Shown piece after piece: positions 42,271 to 54,400 of a stretch of 64,000 nt of DNA (the first letter of the stretch is position 1; each line of letters starts with the position of its first letter). The position numbers were made by a program, and so were the translations under genes. Under the pieces are notes generated by a model. The model made no database searches. It saw nothing but the letters and a program-made list of their open reading frames with translations, and was not told the origin of the DNA. Source of the stretch: Strigamia acuminata (Eukaryota); assembly GCA_949358305.1 (NCBI GenBank), contig OX442314.1, positions 3,286,001-3,350,000 on the forward strand, written 5' to 3'.

Positions 42271-42390
42271 AATCGACTCTTTGCGAGTAAAAATTGACTT
42301 TTTGCGTGTAAAAATTGACTTTTTGCGTGTAAAAATTGACTTTTTGCGTGTAAAAATTGACTTTTTGCGAGTAAAAATTGATTTTTTGCA
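42271..42390. repeat. AT-rich 21-bp minisatellite (GTAAAAATTGACTTTTTGCGT), about 5.5 copies
   Basis: Read directly. Confidence 0.92.
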
Positions 42391-43060
42391 TTTTGTGTGC
42401 TTAAAAATAAATACGGAGTACATTTTTAGATTAAAAATTTCAGTTTGTCTCAAAAACTCATTTTGACACTTAATTTCATAATTCAGTCTCAAAAAGTTAT
42501 GCATTCTACAAAGAAGTGTGGTATTTGCATCATCAAGGCAGAATTCAAGACTGTCAGACGGCAAGAAATGAGACGTCCTTGGTGCCAATAACAGCTGCTG
42601 CAGCAAAAGCTTGTGGACTAGGACTACTATGTATTCTATGCAAGATTTTATTTTAAAATGTTACATCCCGATTGTCTTACACTGGAGATTTACAATTGTC
42701 TTCAATCTTAGTAATGAGCTTAGGTTTCAATTAAAACAACATCCTTAGCAATGTGTGTTCTTGCATGAAACTGATGCTCTGTTTATTCTCCAAAGACAGA
42801 TTAAGCCAGAGAAAATGTCAAATTTTCTTTCCAAGTTTTTTTTCTTTGTGTTTAGCACAAAGATGTCTTCAGTGGACAAAATAAATGTAAACGAGGAAGT
42901 ACTACTGTCTGATATGTTTCATCTTGCAAGCAGAATTTTTTTTAGAAAGAATGTTTTTTCTTCTAAAATGGAAGTGAAAGGAATTCTGCCTCTCATGTGA
43001 ATTCTGCCTCTCATGTGAAATTCTCATGTTTATGAGTTTTTGACTTTCGACCTTATTCAT

Positions 43061-46028
43061 GAATCGGGGGTCGACCGACTCGAACCGGGGGTCGACCGAC
43101 TCGAACCGGGGGTCGACCGACTCGAACCGGGGGTCGACCGACTCGAACCGGGGGTCGACCGACTCGAACCGGGGGTCGACCGACTCGAACCGGGGGTCGA
43201 CCGACTCGAACCGGGGGTCGACCGACTCGAACCGGGGGTCGACCGACTCGAACCGGGGGTCGACCGACTCGAACCGGGGGTCGACCGACTCGAACCGGGG
43301 GTCGACCGACTCGAACCGGGGGTCGACCGACTCGAACCGGGGGTCGACCGACTCGAACCGGGGGTCGACCGACTCGAACCGGGGGGTCGACCGACTCGAA
43401 CCGGGGGGTCGACCGACTCGAACCGGGGGGTCGACCGACTCGAACCGGGGGGTCGACCGACTCGAACCGGGGGGTCGACCGACTCGAACCGGGGGTCGAC
43501 CGAATCGAACCGGGGGGTCGACCGACTCGAACCGGGGGGTCGACCGACTCGAACCGGGGGGTCGACCGCCTCGAACCGGGGGGTCGACCGCCTCGAACCG
43601 GGGGGTCGACCGACTCGAACCGGGGGGTCGACCGACTCGAACCGGGGGTCGACCGACTCGAACCGGGGGGTCGACCGACTCGAACCGGGGGTCGACCGAC
43701 TCGAACCGGGGGTCGACCGACTCGAACCGGGGGTCGACCGACTCGAACCGGGGGTCGACCGACTCGAACCGGGGGTCGACCGACTCGAACCGGGGGTCGA
43801 CCGACTCGAACCGGGGGTCGACCGACTCGAACCGGGGGTCGACCGACTCGAACCGGGGGTCGACCGACTCGAACCGGGGGTCGACCGACTCGAACCGGGG
43901 GTCGACCGACTCGAACCGGGGGTCGACCGACTCGAACCGGGGGTCGACCGACTCGAACCGGGGGTCGACCGACTCGAACCGGGGGTCGACCGACTCGAAC
44001 CGGGGGTCGACCGACTCGAACCGGGGGTCGACCGACTCGAACCGGGGGTCGACCGACTCGAACCGGGGGTCGACCGACTCGAACCGGGGGTCGACCGACT
44101 CGAACCGGGGGTCGACCGACTCGAACCGGGGGTCGACCGACTCGAACCGGGGGTCGACCGACTCGAACCGGGGGTCGACCGACTCGAACCGGGGGTCGAC
44201 CGACTCGAACCGGGGGTCGACCGACTCGAACCGGGGGTCGACCGACTCGAACCGGGGGTCGACCGACTCGAACCGGGGGTCGACCGACTCGAACCGGGGG
44301 TCGACCGACTCGAACCGGGGGTCGACCGACTCGAACCGGGGGTCGACCGACTCGAACCGGGGGTCGACCGACTCGAACCGGGGGTCGACCGACTCGAACC
44401 GGGGGTCGACCGACTCGAACCGGGGGTCGACCGACTCGAACCGGGGGTCGACCGACTCGAACCGGGGGTCGACCGACTCGAACCGGGGGTCGACCGACTC
44501 GAACCGGGGGTCGACCGACTCGAACCGGGGGTCGACCGACTCGAACCGGGGGTCGACCGACTCGAACCGGGGGTCGACCGACTCGAACCGGGGGTCGACC
44601 GACTCGAACCGGGGGTCGACCGACTCGAACCGGGGGTCGACCGACTCGAACCGGGGGTCGACCGACTCGAACCGGGGGTCGACCGACTCGAACCGGGGGT
44701 CGACCGACTCGAACCGGGGGTCGACCGACTCGAACCGGGGGTCGACCGACTCGAACCGGGGGTCGACCGACTCGAACCGGGGGTCGACCGACTCGAACCG
44801 GGGGTCGACCGACTCGAACCGGGGGTCGACCGACTCGAACCGGGGGTCGACCGACTCGAACCGGGGGTCGACCGACTCGAACCGGGGGTCGACCGACTCG
44901 AACCGGGGGTCGACCGACTCGAACCGGGGGTCGACCGACTCGAACCGGGGGTCGACCGACTCGAACCGGGGGTCGACCGACTCGAACCGGGGGTCGACCG
45001 ACTCGAACCGGGGGGTCGACCGACTCGAACCGGGGGGTCGACCGAATCGAACCGGGGGGTCGACCGACTCGAACCGGGGGGTCGACCGACTCGAACCGGG
45101 GGTCGACCGACTCGAACCGGGGGGTCGACCGACTCGAACCGGGGGGTCGACCGACTCGAACCGGGGGGTCGACCGACTCGAACCGGGGGGTCGACCGACT
45201 CGAACCGGGGGGTCGACCGACTCGAACCGGGGGGTCGACCGACTCGAACCGGGGGGTCGACCGACTCGAACCGGGGGGTCGACCGACTCGAACCGGGGGT
45301 CGACCGACTCGAACCGGGGGTCGACCGACTCGAACCGGGGGTCGACCGACTCGAACCGGGGGTCGACCGACTCGAACCGGGGGTCGACCGACTCGAACCG
45401 GGGGTCGACCGACTCGAACCGGGGGTCGACCGACTCGAACCGGGGGTCGACCGACTCGAACCGGGGGTCGACCGACTCGAACCGGGGGTCGACCGACTCG
45501 AACCGGGGGTCGACCGACTCGAACCGGGGGTCGACCGACTCGAACCGGGGGTCGACCGACTCGAACCGGGGGTCGACCGACTCGAACCGGGGGTCGACCG
45601 ACTCGAACCGGGGGTCGACCGACTCGAACCGGGGGTCGACCGACTCGAACCGGGGGTCGACCGACTCGAACCGGGGGTCGACCGACTCGAACCGGGGGTC
45701 GACCGACTCGAACCGGGGGTCGACCGACTCGAACCGGGGGTCGACCGACTCGAACCGGGGGTCGACCGACTCGAACCGGGGGTCGACCGACTCGAACCGG
45801 GGGTCGACCGACTCGAACCGGGGGTCGACCGACTCGAACCGGGGGTCGACCGACTCGAACCGGGGGTCGACCGACTCGAACCGGGGGTCGACCGACTCGA
45901 ACCGGGGGTCGACCGACTCGAACCGGGGGTCGACCGACTCGAACCGGGGGTCGACCGACTCGAACCGGGGGTCGACCGACTCGAACCGGGGGTCGACCAA
46001 CTCGAATCGGGGGTGGACCAACTCGAAT
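43061..46028. repeat. 21-bp CpG-rich tandem array 2, about 140 copies, with 22-bp (G6) variant blocks
   Basis: Same unit as array 1; G6 units cluster at about 43379-43670 and 45009-45280. Confidence 0.99.
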
Positions 46029-46345
46029 CTGTTGTTTATCGATGCCAAACAGTCCTCCGTACTTGTTCTGCGCATTTCTAGTGTTTTCCTGCATCAAGCA
46101 GTGTTTTGTATTTATTTAGACTTTAAGTTATTATTTAGCACTGGGCATAATGCTGCCCCTATCAGTATTATATAAGTTTATTCGCGAATTTGCGATAAAT
46201 TGTGCCACAGAAGTTGAAAACAGACATGTTGGGACAATTATGGCGCGCGTTACGTATGGAAGCGGGAATCGTAGAACGAGTAGAAAGCGACGACGAGGAT
46301 GACGACGACAAAGAAGAAGAAGAAGAAAAGAACGATTTAGAAAAC
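46029..46345 (+). repeat. Duplicated junction fragments (copies of about 10134-10306 and 14311-14459)
   Basis: Near-identical to the right flank of array 1, fused at AAATT to a piece of Gypsy F gag. Confidence 0.92.
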
Positions 46346-49300
46346 ATAGGTTAAATCGGGCCTGGTTCTTGATTCAATAAATGCCAAACATCCCAGTAGA
46401 TTCCGGTAGGAAATTTTCTCCATAATCCTAAAGTCTTCGATCGTGTTGAAACATTGTTGTTTGGTGAGAATGGTAGATTTTACCATTGGCTGCGATCAAA
46501 TCTTCACTAACTTCAAGTGGTCGTCGAATCTCAACAAGACTTTATTGATGTAGGTCTTTTGATGTAACACCATCTGCTCTCTATATGAGGTAAATTCGAC
46601 GCCTAACAATTTTTTGTCTGTCCAAGAATGACCAAATCGAATTGTGTTTTGACCATGTTTAACACATTCATGGCATCTTCATATTGCTTTCCAAAAACTA
46701 CAATATCGTCCACGTAGACTATTAAATATGCGATGTTTCCATATTTATAGACGCAGTTACACCAATTTACGTGTTGCAGTCCGAGTCCAAGCAAAGTGTC
46801 CTCCAATTCAATTCCCCATTCACGTCCTGACTGGTGCAGACCGTAAATTGCACGAAGAAGTTTACAGACGTAATTCTCCTTGCCTTGGCAAACGAAACCC
46901 TTTGGCTGGCGCATATAAACAGTTTTGTGCAACTTCGCGTAGAGGTAAGCACACTTCACGTCGGCTTGGATGTAACTCCACTTCAACATGCAGACAAGCA
47001 ACGTGAACATAAATCGAACGATAGAGAAGTCGACTACTGGTGAAAATGTTTCTTCGTACGACTCGCCGTAGACTTGTGAGAAGCCTTGCGCGACAAGTCT
47101 CGCTTTGTAGCGTGCGATTTTCCCCTCATCGTTCTGTTTGGTGGTGTATATCCACTTGCAGCCAATTATCTTGGTGTCTGGCGGCGGTGGAACCAACTCC
47201 CATACCTCACGCTCGTGCATCGTATCAATCTCGTCGCACATCGCTTGATCCCACTGTTGTTTTTCAGGTGCATTGGCGACTTGTTCAAAGCGCGTTGGTA
47301 TAAATACTTCGAGATGATTCGCTTCCAAGTCAACGTCAATGTCATCCGCAGTTACATTCGACTCGGAAGGCTTCTTTTTCCTTTTGTCGTCAAAAAGGTG
47401 TTCCGGAATGCGAAGATTGTGCTCCACACAATAGCGTTTGACCTCCGGAATTGAACGCAGTCTTGGTTTGTCGTATCCCTCAATTGTATATTCAATGTCC
47501 TTCTGCCCTGTTGGTCTCGCCTTCTCGGTCTTTTTCCATACGAGAGCTGGTATGGTCGGAATTGGGTTTGGAAAAACCTGTCCAGGTTGTTGCAAAATGT
47601 TTGGTTGCTGCACTGCTGGTAAGTTGTGTTGCAATGCATCTTCGGGCAGTCTAAACTTCAACCTAAGTGGAGGTAACTCTTCTCCTTCTTTCTTCTTGAT
47701 AGGTTGTGGCGGGGGTAGCGGTGGCCTCACATCCTCGTCGGAGTAATATTGACGGTCATTATCGTTGTCCAGATTATCATTGAGATTGTCAATGTATGTC
47801 GTATATCTCTCCGGTAGGCCCAGCACGCCTTCAACTCCGCGCCTGCTCTCAACGAATTTAACGTCACTGGTCTCAATAACTTTTGAAAAATCAGGTAACC
47901 AGACTCTGTATCCCTTTGTAATTCTGGAATATCCTAACATAATTCCATGCAGTCCTTTGTTATCGATTTTTCCATCACGTACTCGCTTTTGCACAAAACA
48001 CAGACTTCCAAATTTTCGTAAATGCCGAAGTGATGGTTTGCGGCCATAATATAACTCCATTGGTGTTTTGTCTGAGTTTAACTTCGCTATCCTATTCCTG
48101 AGGTAGTTGAAAGTTAAAATTGCCTCGCCCCAAAAGCGATGTTCCAGTTGTGCGTCATAAATGAGCGCTCGCATGCCGTTTGCTAGTGTCTGGTTCAATC
48201 TTTCAGATACGCCGTTTTGGGCGGGCGTGTACGCATTTGTCCGTTCATGAGCGATCCCTTGTTGGTCAAGATACTCTCCAAATTTATTGGAGCAAAACTC
48301 CATCCCATTGTCCGTGCGGATGGCCAGGATTGATTTTCCCAGTAGTCTCTCAATCCGTTTTGCGTGTTTTTGAAAAATGCCGAACACTTCATCCTTCTGT
48401 TTCATCAGGTAAACCGTGGAATAACGGGAAAAATCATCCGTAATGGTCAGGAAATATCTATTTCCTGAAAGTGTTGGCGTTGAAAAAGCCCCGCATACAT
48501 TCATGTGCAAAAGTTCCAACGGTTGCTTCGACCTAATTCCTGGTAAAGATTTATGAGAGATGGCCTTTTTCTTCGCCAGCGTGCAAACGTCACACTGCGT
48601 GATTGGCACGTCCAAAATCGGTAGTCCAACTACTGCATCCCGCTTGCTCATTTCTTGCACGCTTGGGAAGTGGATGTGTCCAAGTCTCTCATGCCATAAT
48701 CTAGCTTCTTCTGGATTGGATGCCTTTTTGGTCGAGCTACTTGGTTCTTGTGTTTGTTGTGTTTGTTGTTCTCCAGTACTCGCCTTGTTGCTTTCTTTCA
48801 ACTTCAATTTTTCAATGTCTGGTTTCGAATCACTTGTTTTGACATAATAAAGTCTGTCCTTCTTAACTGCTTCCATCAATTGTCGTTTCCATTGTGGATC
48901 GTAGATTTTCACTACTCCTGAGCCAATTGCCACTTTGCATCTGGCTTCGTCGATGCAAGGTCCCGACAATAGATTTCTTCTCAAATCCGGCGCATAATAT
49001 ACCTTTTTCAATGTGATTGGAATTGTGTCATTTCTCACCACACACATTACACACACATCTCCTACTCCTTGGATTTGTATCAAAGTCTTTTTATCTGCTT
49101 GGCTAATGGTGCCTTTCATTTCTTGGAAATTTACGAATTGATTCCTATCCTTACAAAAATGCCCAGTGGCCCCGGTATCATAGATCCAACAACTGCTGGT
49201 TGCGCCGCACTGCAGCATTTCCTCTTCACTCAATTCGGTAAGGAAGCCAACATTCATCATCTCCGTGTCCAATTCTTCGACAGTATTCGTGTTCTGGCTA

Positions 49301-49686
49301 TTAGCTGGTGTGAGTTGGACTGTGCAATCCCTCGCCCAGTGTCCTGGCTGATTGCATCGGAAACACGGCCCCCGTGGTGATGATCCGGTGGTGTTTCCTC
49401 GAAAATTTCTTGTGTTTTTGTTTCCACGATAGTTCGATCGTCCAGCTCTTTGTCCTCCTCCAAACCCACGATTATTCTGGCTACTGTTCCCTTGTTGCTG
49501 TTGTTGCTGGAACTTTGGTGTGTTTTCGTTACTCTTCGTGTTGGAGTTGTTTGGCCCCATGCTGAAGGCATCGATAACTGACCCCTGGCCAGAATCCTGC
49601 CTCTGTTGCGCAAGTCTGCCTTCTTCGGCCACTAACTCCACTTCCACCTTTTTCAGTGTAAAGTCTTTGTCATCCCATCTGTATAT
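46345..49686 (-). pseudogene. Copia D2 polyprotein fragment (gag C-part to RT, MBD-like at about 47428-47538)
   Basis: ORF 46603-49647 is almost identical to the D protein. Confidence 0.93.
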
Positions 49687-50205
49687 TGTTACGTGGCCAG
49701 ACTGACTACTGTTTGACCACGTAAATACTTTACTATTAAACTGGGGGTTTGCAATTGCACTAAGTTAAACTAGCATTTAAACTGTGTTGCTAATAAGAAG
49801 GTAATGAAGAGGACTCATTGTATTATTATTAAAATATAACAGTATGTTTATTAAATCATAAATACAATCTGAATTGAACCAAAGATTAACTTAAAACTAA
49901 ATCTTATAAAACTATCTTAAATCTAGTAAGCATGAATAACTTTGGTGGGTGAAGAACCTCAAGATGCCGCGGCAGTACCTGCCCGACAACCTCTCGGAAT
50001 GAAAGCTCGGAATGAACTGACGTTTCAGTTCTCCTCATCAGCCAAGTAAACTTGGGTGATTCTACTATTACTTAATGGGTAAATTAGTGAGATCATTCGC
50101 TTAAGGCGAACTCTAGTGAGGGTTTACAGCATTAATTCGAATCGTTTAGTTACGGAAGCGAGGCGGCGACAACCGGTTCACAGTGTGCTCGTCAACCTCG
50201 TAACA
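49687..50205 (-). repeat. Gypsy H 3' LTR
   Basis: Direct repeat of 57523-58041. Confidence 0.97.
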
Positions 50206-50688
50206 GCCCCCTCCTTTAGATTTTTGGACCCCAAAAACAAATTATTTAACTAAACAAACTCCCTTGTTGTTCATGCTTATATATGAGTTCATTCCCTGTT
50301 ATTCATGCTTACTTTCACAAAACTTATACTTTAAACAATATTTACTAAAAACAATTTCAAATTACAAAAATTCAAAATCATATGTCAATTATTACACAAA
50401 TACACTTTCAAGATTAACACTTTTTGATATTTTTACACTTATATTACTTTTTTTTCAGTTTTCCTATTTTCTATACAACCTAATAATTCAAAAAAAATAA
50501 TATACACTACATTCAATGTGAATGAAAATGAAAACAATAACAAAATTAAGAAAAACAATATCAACTTCAAATAATAAAAAAAATAATGTCTCTGCTCGCT
50601 CCAGTACACCTGGGCTCACATCATTGACGAATAATACAAAATAAATAATACACAAAAAAAATAATTTCACACAACACTTAATGTCCAA

Positions 50689-50907
50689 TTAAGGCTGGTT
50701 TTCCTCCTTTTCGAATGGGATCAACTTCTCGTGTAAGATCTCGTACACTATTCGCTGGCGCAAATCGATCGGATGGCCATGGCGCATGTTGTCCCTGTCT
50801 TCAATATATCGGCGGGCAAAATATCAGATAGTGGGCCCGCAGCTGTCACCGTCAAGCTGCTGCATGCGGGGCGGGTCCCACTTCTCATAGCCCCGTGGAA
50901 ACACCAT
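50689..50907 (-). pseudogene. Ulp1/SENP (C48 protease)-like C-terminal fragment in the 3' region of Gypsy H
   Basis: Manual translation MVFPRGYEKWDPPRMQQLDGDSCGPTI*YFARRYIEDRDNMRHGHPIDLRQRIVYEILHEKLIPFEKEENQP; one internal TGA at 50824-50826. Confidence 0.6.
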
Positions 50908-51470
50908 TCAAGTCTAATATGTGCAGAAAATAAATTAAACTCATTAATTACAATTGATTACTGGCCAATACAATTCATGTTCACAATCAATTTGTCTAAA
51001 TTTCGTTAAACTTTTAACTTTATACAATATTCAAATTATTTCATCTAAACCAATTAAATATTCATAGCTATTTCTATTAAATTTTAAAATTAAATGTCAA
51101 GTTAACATTTCAAAAATGTGCGAAGTTCTCTTTATTCGCTGGAAAAATGGCGATAGATTCGTTCCGTTCTGTTCACTTTCGGCACTTTTATTAATATTAT
51201 CCAAAACTGGAGAAAAATGTCTCAAAATTGTTCAAATCAACTAGTAAATTCGAGTTATTCTTGGTTCACTGCAAATAACTTGCGTTCGCCTCAAAAAACA
51301 AGAAAATACAACTTCAAAATCGTGTCACGTCTCGTCTGCGTTCATATTAACTTTCGTCAATTAAAAGTACCTACTTTCACAGAAAATATGCGAAATCCTC
51401 GTCAATCACACTCGGAGAATAACAATTCCCTTCGCTCACTGCAAATAACTTGCGTTCACTTAAAGAAAAG

Positions 51471-54400
51471 CTAGTAAAATGCAGTGTAATCTTGGCGTGG
51501 TTGCGATCTAAGTCGTCGTGACCGGAAATCACTTTCAGCAGGACGTCGCGCATGCGTATCGGCGCCAACAGCATTTGCGACACCTGGTGATGGTTTCTGC
51601 AACCGATTCTTCTTGCTTTCGTCTGGCGACGATTTTAGCAACTGATTTCGCTGTTCTAACTCAACTTCCTTTTTCACTCGACGTGCCTCAATTTCTTTCG
51701 GCCCGTAAATTGCCTTCAATCGCTCCCTTTCAGTTAGAACCGGCGAATCCGACGTTTTATCTCCGGATTCAAAGAAACTCCTCAACGAAATTTGATCATC
51801 ATCATCAATAAACCTTTCCTTCGCTCCTACTTTAGGCCTATCTCGCGGATCATCGTCCTTCTTCACAATTTCCGCATTTTGATCGTCTTTTTGCGAACTT
51901 CCTTGCACTTCATCAGAAAATGTTACTTTCTTCAATGGTAGATCCTGCAGAATAGTTTCTGGAATTTCCTCTCGCGGCTTATATGGTTTTAAACGCTCAA
52001 CATTGACAATACTAGTTTTCTTTCCTGATGAATTCCTTACTTCATAATCGTTTGGCGCTGTGCGTCGAACTATTTCATATGGTCCAGAAAATGGTGGCAG
52101 GAGTTTTTCGCTTAACCCTACTTTCCTATTCGGAGTTTTCAAGTAAACTAATTCCCCTGGTTCGAATTCCACCACAATTCTGTCCAAATCAAATCTTCTC
52201 TTGCTTTTCTCACTCTGCCATTCTAGTCTTTCGTTGGCAATTTTCCGCATCTCCCGCATAAATCTAGAAGTGCGAAGAGTGAATTCCTTTCGAGGAAGAT
52301 TCAAGTTCACATCCACACTCAAATCAACTTCATAACCTTTCAACAAATAATATGGGGTATATCCAGTTGTTTCATGGACTGCTGAATTATAGGAGAAAAT
52401 GACAAATGGTAAAAATTCATCCCAATCTGTGTGATCTTTATTAGTATAACATGTCAACATTTTGGCAAATGTTGCATTGAATCTTTCCGTTAATCCGTTG
52501 GTCCTTGGATGGTACCCGGAAGTAGATCTGTGCTGGGATTTAAACAGTGCTGATACTTCATTGATCATTTCGTTCCTGTACTCTGTCCCCTTATCGCTGA
52601 GTATCTCGCGTGGACTTCCCTCTTTGAGCATCACCTCGAATACAAGAGTTTTCGCTGCTTCCAACGCTGTACATGCTGGAGCCGCTCTGGCGATGACTGC
52701 ACGCGACAAGTAATCAGTGATAACAAAAACATATTTATTTCCACTATTTGAAACTGGAAAGCTTCCTAACGTGTCTATACCAATCCTCTCAAACGGTCTT
52801 GAAATCGTCGACCAAGGTTGTAATAAACCTTTTTGTGGAGTGGTCATTGACTTACTTCCTGCGCAATGTGGACAACTGAGAACGTAATTCCTTACGTCCC
52901 TGTATATCCTCGGCCAAAAGAATCTTACTCTAATTCTTTTCCACGTCTTATTTAGGCCGAGATGAGCACCTACGAGCCCGTCATGCATTTCTTCTAACAC
53001 TTGCTTACGTAAATGCTGCGGTACTACTAAAAGGTTTCCTTCCATGTTTAGAGAATTGTAACTTTTCTTTCTAAACAACGTGTTATCCAGGAGAACGAAC
53101 TGTTTTAAAGGACGTTTCCTGTTTCTTGGAAGTTGCTCAATGTTCTCCATTGCGGTGATGATCTCCAAAATTTTCTCATCCTTACGCTGTTCTACAGGTA
53201 AGTTGAGTTTTTCGAGAAGTAGTAAGGGAATAATTTCTTTTTCTTCCTCACCAATCTCTTCTTGGATTCGGCTAAGAGCATCTGCATCCGTGTGCTTCTT
53301 GCCTGACTTATGCATCACATCGTAGTCGTAATCTACCAGTTGTAAACTCCACCTGGCCAATCTACCGTTGGGATTTTTCACCTTATTCAGCCATTGTAAC
53401 GCAGAATGGTCTGTCACAATTGTAAATTTCCTACCGTAAAGATATGGTCTGTACTTGTTAATGCCGAATATTATGGCTAAACATTCTCTTTCCGTAGCTG
53501 TGTAATTTTGTTCCGCTGTACTTAACAATCGACTGGCGTAACAAATCACATGTTCTTGCTTGTTAATACGCTGCTTCAAAATTGCACCAAGCCCATAAGC
53601 ACTTGCATCCGTAGATACAATGAATGGCTCTGCAAAATTTGGATGTGCCAATACTGGTACCGTAACTAAAGCTGTCCGTAAGGCCTTAAACGCTGTTTCC
53701 TGTGGTGGTCCCCAATCAAAAGCTTCATCTTTGCGAGTTAAGTTGGCTAAGGGCTTAGATACGTCCGCAAATCCTGGAATAAACTTTCGATAATACGAAC
53801 ATAAACCCAAAAACCCTCTCAACTGCTTCAAATTTGTTGGTTTTGGAAATTTAGCTACACTTTCCAAATTACGTGGATCAGGTGACACTCCATCAGAATC
53901 AACTATGTGGCCTAAATATTTGATGGTATTAGTACCAAACGTACATTTGCTAAGTTTAACCTTTAAGTTTGCCAACCGCAGCTTGCTGAAGACAGCATCG
54001 AGATCCTGAAGATGCTGATCAAATGTCTTTGAAAATATTATAAGGTCGTCAATATAAGCTATACAGACCTTGCCAAGAAGATTACCAAGCACCTTGTTCA
54101 TCAATTTTTGAAACGCAGCTGGGCTATTACATAATCCCATTCCTAGGACGTTAAACTCAAAATGTCCGCTTGAAGTGGTAAACGCTGTTTTTTCACGATC
54201 CTGTTCATCTATTTCGACTTGATAATATCCTTGAATAAGATCCATCATCGAAAAATACTGGGCCCCTGCCAGTTGGTCCAATGTATCGTCAATCCTGGGC
54301 AGTGGGTATACCATTTTCTTTGTGATCGCGTTTAACCTCCTCCAATCGACACAAAATCTCCATTTACCGTCTCTTTTCTTGATGAGAAGTACTGGTGCAC

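Noticed and set aside
42902..46175. About 1000-aa ORFs over array 2
   Set aside because: Same artefact; frames switch at G6 units without consequence.
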